Assembly: GCA_047602405.1 (NCBI GenBank)
Contig: JASGHJ010000002.1
Location: 3,698,300-3,762,299, forward strand
Direction: 5' to 3'
Origin: Anaeromyxobacteraceae bacterium
GTDB lineage: Bacteria; Myxococcota; Myxococcia; Myxococcales; Anaeromyxobacteraceae
DNA: 64,000 bases
In this document: positions 43,401 through 52,553 of the stretch, one piece after another
How positions within the stretch are numbered: the stretch's first letter is position 1
Layout of the letters: every line of letters starts with the position of its first letter
Program-made: the position numbers and the translations under genes
The notes under the pieces: generated by a model
What the model was told of the DNA's origin: nothing
Database searches by the model: none
Seen by the model: the letters and a program-made list of their open reading frames with translations, nothing else

Positions 43401-45928
43401 CCGTCTCCGATTCCGCCTCCGTCTCCGATTCCGTCTCCGTCTCCGATTCCGTCTCCGATTCCGATTCCGTCCCCGTCTCCCTCTCCTCCCCCCTCCCGTC
43501 CCCGCGCTCGATTCTCGATCTCGACCTCTCTCCCACTCCCGATCCCGATCTCGCTCTCGGTCCCGCTCCCGATCCCGAATTCCCCCCCCGCGAGGACCGC
43601 TCGACGCTCCACGGCTACTCCTCCCTCACCCCCGCCGACCTCCCGCCGCTCTCCCTCGAGGAGCCGCCCGAGCCCCCCGGCCCGGCGACGAAGCCGATCA
43701 CCTCCATCACCGGCCCCTTCCCGCCGCTCTCCCCCGGTGAGCTCTCCTCTGATCTCGCCTCCGACCTCGCCTCCGACCTCTCCGCCAGCGCCTCCGCCCC
43801 GGCCAGCTCGCCGGCCGACCTCGAACCCGACCCCGACCTGGCCGCCGCGCTCGACGCCTTCGACGCGCCCACGCCCGCTCCCGCCTCCGAGCCCGCGAAC
43901 TCCGCGCCCCCCGTCCTCGCCCGCCCGCCCGAGCAGCGCACCACCGGCAACTGGCCGCCTCCCCAGCCCGTCGCGCCTCCGCAGCTCGCGCGGCCGCCCG
44001 CGCAGCGCACCACCGGCAGCTGGCCTCCGCCCTTGCCCACCACCGGGCCCGTCGGTCCGCTCACGCCGTCGCCCATCCCGCCCAGCGCCGACCCGCTCCT
44101 GCCGGAGTCCGAGGGCCCGATCGGCCCGCTGACGCCGTGGCCGATCCCGTCCCGCCCGACGCCGCCGCCGCCGCGCACGACGGGCGCCTTCCCGCCACCG
44201 CTCCCCGAGGGCCGGCCCACGGGCAGCTGGCCACCGCCGGTGCTGAAGCGCGCCGAGGGCCGTCCGGTGCACCCCACCGACCCCTTCACGCCCACCGCGC
44301 CGGACGACGCCACGGTGCCGCCCGCGCCGCCGCGCGCGGTCCCGCCGCGGCTCGAGCGCCGCCCGCCCGAGCTCCAGCCCCGCACGAAGACCGACGCCGC
44401 GTTCCCGCCGCCGCCGCGGCCGTCGACCGATCCCGGGCTCAAGGCGCCCGCCGCCCCGCCGCCGCTCCCGCGCGAGGAGCGCGCGACCGGTGCGTGGCCG
44501 CCGCCCCTGCCCTCGATGCGCGCCGGCCGCCCGCCGGGGCAGCTCGCCGCGGCCGGGCGCGAGGCGCTCGAGGCCGGCGAGCTCGACGAGGCGCGCCGCC
44601 TCCTCGAGGACGCGTTCCAGCGCGAGCCGACCGACCTCACGGTCGCGCGCGACCTGCAGCGGCTCGCCGAGCAGCAGGGCCGCGACGAGGACTACCTCTC
44701 GCTCGGCGAGCTCCTCGCCGACGCGCTCGCCTCGTACGACCCGGCCGCCGCCGCCGCGCGCTACCGCCACTTCGCCGAGCTCGCGCGCCAGCGGCTCGGG
44801 CGCGACGAGAAGGCCGCCGGCTACCTCGAGAAGGCCATCGCGCTCGTGCCCGACGACGCGGCCGCCCGCCGCGAGCTCCTCGAGCTGTGGGCGTCGCGCC
44901 CCGACACCGCGCCCCGCGCCCTCGCGGCGTGGCTCGAGGTCGTGCGGGCGGACCCCGGCGACGGCCAGGCCCTCGCCGCGGTGGTCTCGCTCACGAGCGG
45001 CCTCGCCGCGACCTCGACCCGGCTCGACGCCGGCCGGCTGCAGGAGCGCGGCCGGATCGCCTCCGCCCTCGGCGCGGTGGTCGCCCCCGGCCGCGTGCCG
45101 CCCGCCCGCCCCGCCCCGGTGGCGCGGGCGCTCCCGCCCGGCCTGCGCGAGAAGGTGGCGCTCCCCGGCGCCGGCGGCCCGCTCGCGCGGCTCATCGCCC
45201 TGCTCGCGCCCTGGCTCGAGACGCTCTTCCCCGCCGACCTCGCGCGGCGCGGGGCGAGCCCCGCCGACCGCATCGTCCCGCCGCGCGGGGCCGCGCTGCG
45301 CGGCGCCCTCGACGCCGCGGTGATCTCGCTCGGCGCCCGCTCCTACGCGGCGTTCCTCACCGAGCGGCCCGGCGTCGACGTGGCCATCGAGAACACCCAG
45401 CCGCCGTCGATCGTCGCGACGGCGGGCGTCGAGGGCCTGCCCGACCCGGCGCTCGCGTTCCTCGCTGCGCGGTCCATCGATCTCCTCACCCAGGGCTGGG
45501 CCCTCATCGGCAAGTTCGCGCCCCGCGACGTCGGCATCCTGCTCGAGCTCGCCTGCCGCTACGCCGGCGGCAGCCCGCCGTCGCTCGGCCTGCCCGAGCA
45601 GCGCGCCGGCGCCTTCCTGAAGGCGCTCGAGGCCTCGGTGCCCGCCGCGACGCGCGCCTCCGCCACCGCGCTCGCCGGGCCCGCCGCGGCCGAGCTCGCG
45701 AAGGCGGACCCGCGCAGCTTCTCGACGGCGCTCCGGCGCACGGCGAACCGCGTCGCGCTCGTGCACGCCGGCGACCCGGGCGCGGCCCTGCTCGTCCTCG
45801 CCCAGCTCGAGCGCCGCGGGCCGGGCGATCCGCTGCCCCGCCCGCTCGAGCACGCCGACGCGCGCGACCTCGCCGCCTTCGCGCTCACCGACCTGTTCCT
45901 CGACCTCCGGGTCGCGGTGCGCGGCTGA
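34494..45928 (+). CDS. Giant (~3,800 aa) Ala-rich TPR-like solenoid protein with disordered acidic/Pro-rich linker; frameshift at ~43266
   Basis: ORF 34494 has TPR-like helices; adding one base at ctc^agccg gives LEPVGEAEPVSDSD in the frame that stays open into ORF 44033-45928. Confidence 0.8.
43003..43470. repeat. Two intragenic hexamer-repeat tracts, (GAGACG/GATTCG)n and (CCGTCT/CCGATT)n, in near-inverted orientation
   Basis: ~43003-43150 encodes ETDS repeats; ~43288-43470 encodes SDSV repeats. Confidence 0.9.
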
Positions 45929-46434
45929 TGCGGCGCGCGCCCGCGCTCGCGCTCCTCGCCCTCTCCGCCTGCACGTCCGGCGAGGCGGCCACCTGCCCGG
46001 GCCAGCCGGTCGGCACGTTCCGCTTCGAGGTCGTCGGGACCTATCACCCCCCGGACGACCCCGCGCCGGCGCTCTTCTGCGAGAAGGCCGCCACCGCCGA
46101 CTCGAGCGTGGTGGGGACCTTCACGGCGACGCTCTCCTCCGAGCCGGCGCTCGGGACGGCCGCGCTGTGCGTGGCCGGCGCGGGGAGGCTCGCCCAGCCG
46201 TACTTCGGGCGCGTGGAGGCGGGGACCTACGTCCTCACCGCCGCGGGCGGCCTCGGCGTCCTCGACGCGTGCGGCGCCAACTGCACGGCGCAGGCGACGC
46301 TGCGCGTCGAGGGCACGGTCGCGGCGGGCGGGTTCGTGGGGACGCTCACCGAGACCTTCCAGGACCCGCAGGGCGCCTGCGGCGCGTGCGCCTTCCCCTG
46401 CGAGAAGACCTACCCGCTGACGGGCGCTCCGTGA
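45928..46434 (+). CDS. Cys-rich lipoprotein
   Basis: Lipobox LSAC, CGANC and CGACAFPC; TGATG coupling to the giant protein. Confidence 0.75.
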   Translation: MRRAPALALLALSACTSGEAATCPGQPVGTFRFEVVGTYHPPDDPAPALFCEKAATADSSVVGTFTATLSSEPALGTAALCVAGAGRLAQPYFGRVEAGTYVLTAAGGLGVLDACGANCTAQATLRVEGTVAAGGFVGTLTETFQDPQGACGACAFPCEKTYPLTGAP

Positions 46435-46502
46435 GGCTCCTTCGACGGGCCCGTCCTTCGACGGGCTCGGGAGGGCCGGGCCCGGGTTAATATCTCCGGT
46501 TC

Positions 46503-47207
46503 ATGCCAAGGAAGCCGCCCGCCCCGCCCCGCGCCGTCGTGCTCCTGTCCGGCGGCCTCGACTCCACCACCTGCCTCGCCGTCGCGCGCCGGGACGGCTT
46601 CGAGGCCCACGCGCTCTCGGTCGACTACGGCCAGCGCCACAAGCACGAGCTCGCCCGGGCCCGAAGGCTCGCGAAGGCGCTCGGCGCCGCGAGCCACCGG
46701 GTCGTGAAGGTCGACCTCTCCGCGTTCGGCGGCTCCGCCCTCACCGACCCGACCATCGCGGTGCCGAAGCGGCGGAGCGCGAAGGCCATGTCGGCCGACA
46801 TCCCGGTGACCTACGTCCCGGCGCGCAACACCGTCATGCTCGCCCTCGCCCTCGCGCACGCCGAGACGATCGGCGCCGCCGACGTCTACGTGGGCGTGAA
46901 CGCCATCGACTACTCCGGCTACCCCGACTGCCGCCCGGAGTTCCTGCGCGCCTTCGAGAAGCTCGCGAAGGTCGCGACGAAGGCGGGGGTCGAGGGCCGG
47001 CCGCTCCGCGTCCACGCCCCGCTCCTGCGCCTCTCGAAGGCCGGCATCGTGAAGCTCGGCACCTCCCTGGGGGTGCCGTACCGCCTCACGCTCTCCTGCT
47101 ACGACCCGGTGGGCGGAAAGGCCTGCGGCGCCTGCGACGCGTGCTTACTACGCAGGAAGGGCTTCGAGGAGGCGGGCGTCCCCGACCCCACCGTCTACGC
47201 CCGCTGA
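46503..47207 (+). CDS. queC: 7-cyano-7-deazaguanine synthase
   Basis: LLSGGLDS, YGQRH, YVPARN, YPDCRPEF, SCY..CGACDAC. Confidence 0.97.
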   Translation: MPRKPPAPPRAVVLLSGGLDSTTCLAVARRDGFEAHALSVDYGQRHKHELARARRLAKALGAASHRVVKVDLSAFGGSALTDPTIAVPKRRSAKAMSADIPVTYVPARNTVMLALALAHAETIGAADVYVGVNAIDYSGYPDCRPEFLRAFEKLAKVATKAGVEGRPLRVHAPLLRLSKAGIVKLGTSLGVPYRLTLSCYDPVGGKACGACDACLLRRKGFEEAGVPDPTVYAR

Positions 47208-47271
47208 AGCTCGGGCCATCGCTGCCGGGGTGGGGCGCTGCCGGAGCCCCGCCGGAACAGGGAGAGTTTCC

Positions 47272-47553
47272 ATGCACTCCATCAAGAAGACCTACCCCGG
47301 GAAGTCCGCCCACGCGATCTACGAGAAGGTCGACGCCGAGATGGGCCGCATCGCCGAGAAGTACTCGCTCGACTACGAGAGCGACGAGGCGAAGCGGACC
47401 GGTAAGGTCTCGAAGATGGGCGCGACCGGCACCTACGCCTGCCACGACGGCCACGTCGAGGTGCACCTGAAGTTCCCGATGCTGATGCCCGGCTCCATGC
47501 GCCAGAAGGTGCAGGAGGACATCGACAAGAAGCTGACCGGCCTCTTCGGCTAG
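47272..47553 (+). CDS. Small protein, polyhydroxyalkanoic acid system (PHA_gran_rgn)-like
   Basis: GGAG RBS; 93 aa; AEKYSL..G..G..VEVHLK pattern. Confidence 0.6.
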   Translation: MHSIKKTYPGKSAHAIYEKVDAEMGRIAEKYSLDYESDEAKRTGKVSKMGATGTYACHDGHVEVHLKFPMLMPGSMRQKVQEDIDKKLTGLFG

Positions 47554-47568
47554 GAAGGACGCTGCGAA

Positions 47569-47665
47569 GCCTCCGCCGCGGCGAAAGCCGCGGTGAGGCG
47601 GAGCAGATCCGGGGGTGGGGCCCCGGTCCAGCTTTGCTGGCCGGGGCGGGGGGCTACGCCCCCCG
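47569..47665. repeat. Three-hairpin intergenic element (REP-like or structured RNA)
   Basis: ccgcggc-GAAA-gccgcgg; gccccgg(t)ccagc-TTT-gctggccggggc; cggggggc-TAC-gccccccg. Confidence 0.65.
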
Positions 47666-47671
47666 TGAAAC

Positions 47672-47977
47672 TCAGTCGATGGCCACCACGATCGCGCCCG
47701 ACGCCTCGTTCATCCGCTCGACCGCGGCGTAGATCGCCTGGAGCGGCGAGTCGCCGCTGCCGGTCGCGGAGGCGGCGGCGCGCCGCTTCGCCGAGGGGCC
47801 GGGGACGATGCGGGCGCTCGCGCGGCCGCGGATGGCGTCCGGGGCGAGGCGCACCTGCATCCCGGCGCGGTACAGCGCGAGCATGACCCGCCCCATCTCG
47901 GCGGCAACGCGTTCGTCGGTGTAGGTCATCGAAGGGTCGGAGTGCTGGCGTGGCCGGCGGGTCCGGCTGCGTGGCAT
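47672..47977 (-). CDS. Hypothetical protein
   Basis: TAGGAT box 7 nt upstream of ATG 47977; plausible codon usage (alternative start 47929). Confidence 0.6.
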   Translation of the reverse strand: MPRSRTRRPRQHSDPSMTYTDERVAAEMGRVMLALYRAGMQVRLAPDAIRGRASARIVPGPSAKRRAAASATGSGDSPLQAIYAAVERMNEASGAIVVAID

Positions 47978-48093
47978 CGAGGGCATCCTAGCCCCCCGAT
48001 CCGACAGCGCCAGTTCACGGCCCCTTCCCGGGCGCCCGGCGCGGCAGGCCGCCCACTTGAGCCCCCGCTCCGGCGGGGCTAGCTTGGTGCCGG

Positions 48094-48414
48094 ATGATCG
48101 CGCGATGGGCCAGCTTCGGGGTGGGGCTCTGGCTGATGCTGGCGCCGCTCGTCCTCGGCTACGGGTCGGTGGCGCCGATCCTCCAGGGCGTCGCGGTGGG
48201 CTGCCTCGTGTGCATCGCGACCCTCGTCGCCCTGGATCACCCGCGGGCCCGGTTCGGCCTCGCCGGGGTGGGCCTGTGGCTCGCGCTCGACGCGAGGGGC
48301 GGGACGGACGCGCAGGCCGCTGTTGCCTCCCTCGGCGCGGGCGCGCTGCTCTTCCTGCTGTCGTTCGTGCCCAGCGCGCCGCGCGCCGCGGCCCGGGCGG
48401 GCGCGCGGGCCTGA
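48094..48414 (+). CDS. Small membrane protein (SPW-repeat-like)
   Basis: Two GLWL..P repeats, four hydrophobic segments. Confidence 0.7.
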   Translation: MIARWASFGVGLWLMLAPLVLGYGSVAPILQGVAVGCLVCIATLVALDHPRARFGLAGVGLWLALDARGGTDAQAAVASLGAGALLFLLSFVPSAPRAAARAGARA

Positions 48415-48426
48415 TAGCATCGGCGC

Positions 48427-49068
48427 GTGCGCCGCACCCCCCTCCTCGCCCTCGCGCTCGCCGCCCTATCCGCCTTCGCGGGGGCGGGCCCTGCCCTCGC
48501 GGCCGCCGGCCCGGCGCCCGCGCGCGGGCACGACCTTGTGGACGTCGCCGCCCGCATCCCGGACGCGCTCGTCGAGCTCCGGTACGCGACCCCGCGGAAC
48601 TTCCTCGGCCGCGCGGTCTACCCGGCGGGCGCGCGCTGCCTGCTCCGTGCGCCGGTGGCCGACCGGCTCGCCCGCGCCGCGGCGCGCCTGCGGCCCGACG
48701 GGCTTCGCCTGCGCCTCTGGGACTGCTTCCGGCCGGTCGCGGTGCAGCGCGAGATGTGGCGGCTCGTGCCCCGGCCCGGCTACGTCGCCGACCCGGCGAA
48801 GGGCTCGAACCACAACCGGGGCGCGGCGGTGGACGTGGGGCTCGCGGGCGCGGACGGCGCGGAGGTGCCGGTGCCCACCGACTTCGACACGTTCTCGCCG
48901 CGGGCGCACGCGCGCGCCGCGGGGCTCCCGGAGGCCGCCGCGAGGAACCGCGACCGGCTGCGCGCCGCGATGGAGGCCGAGGGCTTCCGTGTGAACCGGA
49001 TGGAGTGGTGGCACTTCGACGCCCCCGAGGCGCGCGGGGCCCCGCTCCTCGACGCGGAGCTCCGGTGA
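48427..49068 (+). CDS. ddpX: D-Ala-D-Ala dipeptidase (peptidase M15D, VanX/DdpX-like), exported
   Basis: LRYAT..NFLG, WDCFRP, SNHNRGAAVD, EWWHF; signal peptide. Confidence 0.92.
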   Translation: MRRTPLLALALAALSAFAGAGPALAAAGPAPARGHDLVDVAARIPDALVELRYATPRNFLGRAVYPAGARCLLRAPVADRLARAAARLRPDGLRLRLWDCFRPVAVQREMWRLVPRPGYVADPAKGSNHNRGAAVDVGLAGADGAEVPVPTDFDTFSPRAHARAAGLPEAAARNRDRLRAAMEAEGFRVNRMEWWHFDAPEARGAPLLDAELR

Positions 49069-50966
49069 CCGCCAGCGCCCGGCCGGCAGACCGCGCGCTC
49101 GCGGCCCTCGACGCGCTCCCGCCCGCCCGGCAGCTCGAGGCCGCGGCGCGCCGGCTCGCCGGGGAGGCGCAGGGCCCGCTCGCGGGCTTCGCGGTCGCGG
49201 TGGAGGGCGAGGGCGGCCAGCGCCTCGACGGAGGCGATGTCCTCGACGGCGCGCTCCTCGAGGCCATCGCCGCGAAGGCGCTCGACGGCGCGCGGGGCGC
49301 GGTCTTCACGCCCACCGCCGAGGCCCGGCTCCTCGCCGCCGCCGGCCTCGCCCACGCCGCCGCGCGCCGCAGGGGCCCGCCCGCGCCGGAGGCGCTCGCG
49401 GCGCTGCTCGCGGGCCGCCGCCTGGCCCCGCTCGCGCGCGCCCTCGAGGGGCTCGCCGTGCTCGACCCCGCCTGCGGCGCGGGCGCGCTCCTCGCGGCGG
49501 CGCACCGGCTCGCGGCGGCGCAGGGCGCGCGGCTCGCCCTCCACGGGATCGAGCTCGCGCCGCTCGCGGCCCGGGCGGCGCGCCTCCGGCTCGGGCTCCT
49601 CGGCGCGGACGCCGAGGTCGCCGCCGGCGACGCGCTCGTCCGCCCCTGGCCCGCGGCTGGCCTCGTGCTCGCGAACCCGCCCTTCCTGCGCCACGAGGCG
49701 CTCCCTCCCGCCGCGAAGCGCGCCGCGGTCCGGGCGAGCGGGCTCCCCGCCCAGGCCGACCTCTCCGCGCACTTCGCGGCGCTCGCGCTCCGGCGCGCGC
49801 CGGTCGCGGCGCTCGTCTGGCCCCGCGCGCTCGACGTGTCGCGGTCGGCGGCGCCGCTCGTCGCCGACGCGGCCGCGCGCGGCGCGTTCGCGCTCCGGCT
49901 CCGGTCGCGCGCCGCCGGGTCGTTCGCGGCGTCGGTCGACACCCTGCTGGCGGTCTGGGTGGAGGGCGCCGCCGCGGGGCGCGCCGCCGAGGCGAGCGTG
50001 GCCCTCGCGGCGCTCCCGGACGAGGACCTCGTCGCGCTCACCCGCGGCGAGGGCGGCGCGCGCGTCCGGCTCCTCGCGCCGGCGGCCGCCGCGCCGCGCG
50101 GCGCCGTGCCGCTGACGTCGCTCTGCGAGGTGCGCTTCGGCACGAAGACCGGGTGCAACGCCTTCTTCCACCTCCGCCCGGCCGGGCCCGGCCGGTTCGC
50201 CTCGGCGCTCCTCCGCGAGGAGGTCGCGCTCGAGCCCGGCGACGTCGTGCCCCTCCTCTCCTCCCTGCGCGAGGCCGCGGCCCCGGCGGTCGCGGCCCCC
50301 GCGGGCGTGCTGCTCCGGCCCGCGGGCGAGCCCTCGGCCGCGGCGCGCCGGTACCTCGCGCGCGGCGAGGCCGCGGGCGTCCACCGCCGCTCGACCTGCG
50401 CGGGCCGCTCGCCGTGGTGGCGGCTCGTGCCGGGCCGCGGCCCCGCCCCGCTCCTCTACCCGGCGAAGGTCGGCGCCCGCGCGTTCGCCTTCCTGAACGC
50501 CGCGGGGCTCTGGGAGGACAAGAAGTGGCACGCCCTCTTCCCGCGGGGCGCCGACGCCCGGCACCTCGCGCTCGTGCTCTCGGCGACGCCGGTGCGCCTC
50601 GCCGTCGACGAGCGGGCCCGGCAGCTCACCGGCGCGCAGGCCATCGCCGACGTCGACACCGGCGTGCTGGCCCGGGCGCCCGTGCCCGCCGCCGCGGCGC
50701 TCGCCGACCTCGAGGGGGAGCTCGACGCCCTCGCCCCGGCGCTCCTCGAGGCGCCCGTGACGACCGACCTCGCGGCCATGCTCGCGCGCCCGGCGCAGCG
50801 CGCGCTCGACCTCGCGGTGGGCCGCGCGCTCGGCCTGTCGCCCCGGGAGGTCCGCCGGGCCGCGGCCGCGCTGCTCGACCGGGTCGAGGCCCGGCTCGCC
50901 CATGCAGGGACCATCCGCGCGAAGGCCTCGCGAGGGGCCTCGCGGCGCGGCAGACTGATCGCGTAG
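49065..50966 (+). CDS. Putative N6-adenine DNA methyltransferase (motif I before motif IV), orphan
   Basis: VFTP, LDPACGAG, GIE, GDAL, NPPF; C-terminal FGTKTGCNAFF TRD-like region. Confidence 0.75.
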   Translation: MTASARPADRALAALDALPPARQLEAAARRLAGEAQGPLAGFAVAVEGEGGQRLDGGDVLDGALLEAIAAKALDGARGAVFTPTAEARLLAAAGLAHAAARRRGPPAPEALAALLAGRRLAPLARALEGLAVLDPACGAGALLAAAHRLAAAQGARLALHGIELAPLAARAARLRLGLLGADAEVAAGDALVRPWPAAGLVLANPPFLRHEALPPAAKRAAVRASGLPAQADLSAHFAALALRRAPVAALVWPRALDVSRSAAPLVADAAARGAFALRLRSRAAGSFAASVDTLLAVWVEGAAAGRAAEASVALAALPDEDLVALTRGEGGARVRLLAPAAAAPRGAVPLTSLCEVRFGTKTGCNAFFHLRPAGPGRFASALLREEVALEPGDVVPLLSSLREAAAPAVAAPAGVLLRPAGEPSAAARRYLARGEAAGVHRRSTCAGRSPWWRLVPGRGPAPLLYPAKVGARAFAFLNAAGLWEDKKWHALFPRGADARHLALVLSATPVRLAVDERARQLTGAQAIADVDTGVLARAPVPAAAALADLEGELDALAPALLEAPVTTDLAAMLARPAQRALDLAVGRALGLSPREVRRAAAALLDRVEARLAHAGTIRAKASRGASRRGRLIA

Positions 50967-50976
50967 GAGAGCCGAC

Positions 50977-51612
50977 ATGTCCCTCGACGACTGCTTCGCC
51001 GCCAACCGCGCCTGGTCCGCCCGCATGCGCGAGCGCGACCCGGCCTTCTTCGAGCGGCTCAAGAACGCGCAGCGCCCGGAGCTCCTCTGGATCGGCTGCT
51101 CCGACAGCCGGCTCCCGCCCGACCAGGTCGTCGGGCGGCTCCCCGGCGAGATCTTCGTGCACCGCAACGTGGCGAACCTCGTCGTGCACACCGACGTCAA
51201 CTGCCTGTCGGTGCTCCAGTACGGCATCGACGTCCTCGGCGTGAAGCACATCATCGTCTGCGGCCACTACGGCTGCGGCGGCGTGCGCGCCGCGCTCACG
51301 CCGCGCCCGCTCGGGCTCATCGACAACTGGCTGCGCCACCTGCGCGACGTGGCGGTCGTCCACGCGCCGGAGCTCGAGGGCCTGCCCGACGACGACGCCC
51401 GCGAGCGCCGGCTCTGCGAGCTCAACGTCGCGAGCCAGGTCGCGAACGTCTGCCACACCACCATCGTCCAGGACGCCTGGCGGCGGGGGCAGCCCCTCGC
51501 CGTGCACGGGTGGATCTACGACCTCGCGGACGGGCTGATCCGCGACCTCCAGAATCTCCGCCGAGCGGCTGGATCAGCTCGCGGCGGTGCACCGGCTGCG
51601 GTGACGGTGTAG
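50977..51612 (+). CDS. can: Beta-class carbonic anhydrase
   Basis: IGCSDSR, FVHRNVAN, CGHYGCGG, HGWIY. Confidence 0.96.
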   Translation: MSLDDCFAANRAWSARMRERDPAFFERLKNAQRPELLWIGCSDSRLPPDQVVGRLPGEIFVHRNVANLVVHTDVNCLSVLQYGIDVLGVKHIIVCGHYGCGGVRAALTPRPLGLIDNWLRHLRDVAVVHAPELEGLPDDDARERRLCELNVASQVANVCHTTIVQDAWRRGQPLAVHGWIYDLADGLIRDLQNLRRAAGSARGGAPAAVTV

Positions 51613-51621
51613 GCTGCCGCG

Positions 51622-52533
51622 GTGCTGAGGCGCTGCGAGCTCTACGAGGGGAAGCTCCGGGACCGGGACGACGGGCCGCTCTGGATCGTCACGGCCCCCG
51701 ACGAGGCCGAGCGGCGGCTCCTCGTCGAGACGCTCCGGCTGGACGAGCACACGCTCGCCTCCGCGCTCGACCCCGACGAGCTCTCCCGCGTCGAGTCCGA
51801 GCCCGAGCACGTCGCCATCATCCTGAAGCGGCCGAAGAACTACTCGTCGGAGGACGACTTCCTCTTCAAGGTCCTCTCGGTCGGCCTGTTCCTCTTCAAG
51901 GACAAGCTCGTGGTGGTGATGGCCGACGACGCGCCGGTCTTCGACGCCGGGCGGGTGCCGCACAAGGGCAGCTCGCCCGCCGACGTGCTCCTCCGGATCC
52001 TCTACCGGACCATCTTCCACTTCCTGGAGCACCTGCGCGTCATCGGGATGCTGTCCGACTCGCTCGAGAAGCGGATCCACCAGTCCTTCGACAACCGGCA
52101 CCTCCTCAACCTCTTCAAGCTCGAGAAGAGCCTCGTCTACTACGTGTCGGGCATCTCCTCGAACGCGGTCGCCATCGACAAGCTGAAGGCGCTCGCCGGC
52201 CGCCTCGGCCTCGAGAAGGAGCAGCTCGAGTTCCTCGACGACGTCGCCATCGAGAACCAGCAGTGCTACCGGCAGGCCGAGATCAACGCGAACATCCTCG
52301 CGGGCCTGATGGACGCCCGCGTCTCCATCGTCTCGAACAACCTCAACCTGACGATGAAGACGCTCACCCTCATCACGCTCGCCATCATGGTGCCGACGTT
52401 CGTGGTGAGCGCGTTCTCGATGAACATCCCGATGCCGCTCCCGCCGCACCCGGTGACGTTCTGGGGCGTGATGGGGCTCGCGGCGCTGTCGTCGCTCGGG
52501 TTCCTGGCCTGGGGGCGCTACAAGGGCTGGTGA
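51622..52533 (+). CDS. corA: CorA-family divalent cation transporter
   Basis: LDPDE..R, NNLNLTMKTLT, two C-terminal TMs with SMN variant of GMN. Confidence 0.9.
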   Translation: MLRRCELYEGKLRDRDDGPLWIVTAPDEAERRLLVETLRLDEHTLASALDPDELSRVESEPEHVAIILKRPKNYSSEDDFLFKVLSVGLFLFKDKLVVVMADDAPVFDAGRVPHKGSSPADVLLRILYRTIFHFLEHLRVIGMLSDSLEKRIHQSFDNRHLLNLFKLEKSLVYYVSGISSNAVAIDKLKALAGRLGLEKEQLEFLDDVAIENQQCYRQAEINANILAGLMDARVSIVSNNLNLTMKTLTLITLAIMVPTFVVSAFSMNIPMPLPPHPVTFWGVMGLAALSSLGFLAWGRYKGW

Positions 52534-52553
52534 GCGCCGCGGCCGGGTGCGCC

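Noticed and set aside
46435..46502. preQ1 riboswitch upstream of queC
   Set aside because: No recognisable preQ1 consensus or A-rich tail, and the -10 box is only 9 nt from the ATG.
48427..49068. Vancomycin resistance locus
   Set aside because: Only a lone VanX/DdpX-like dipeptidase; no vanH, vanA or vanRS.
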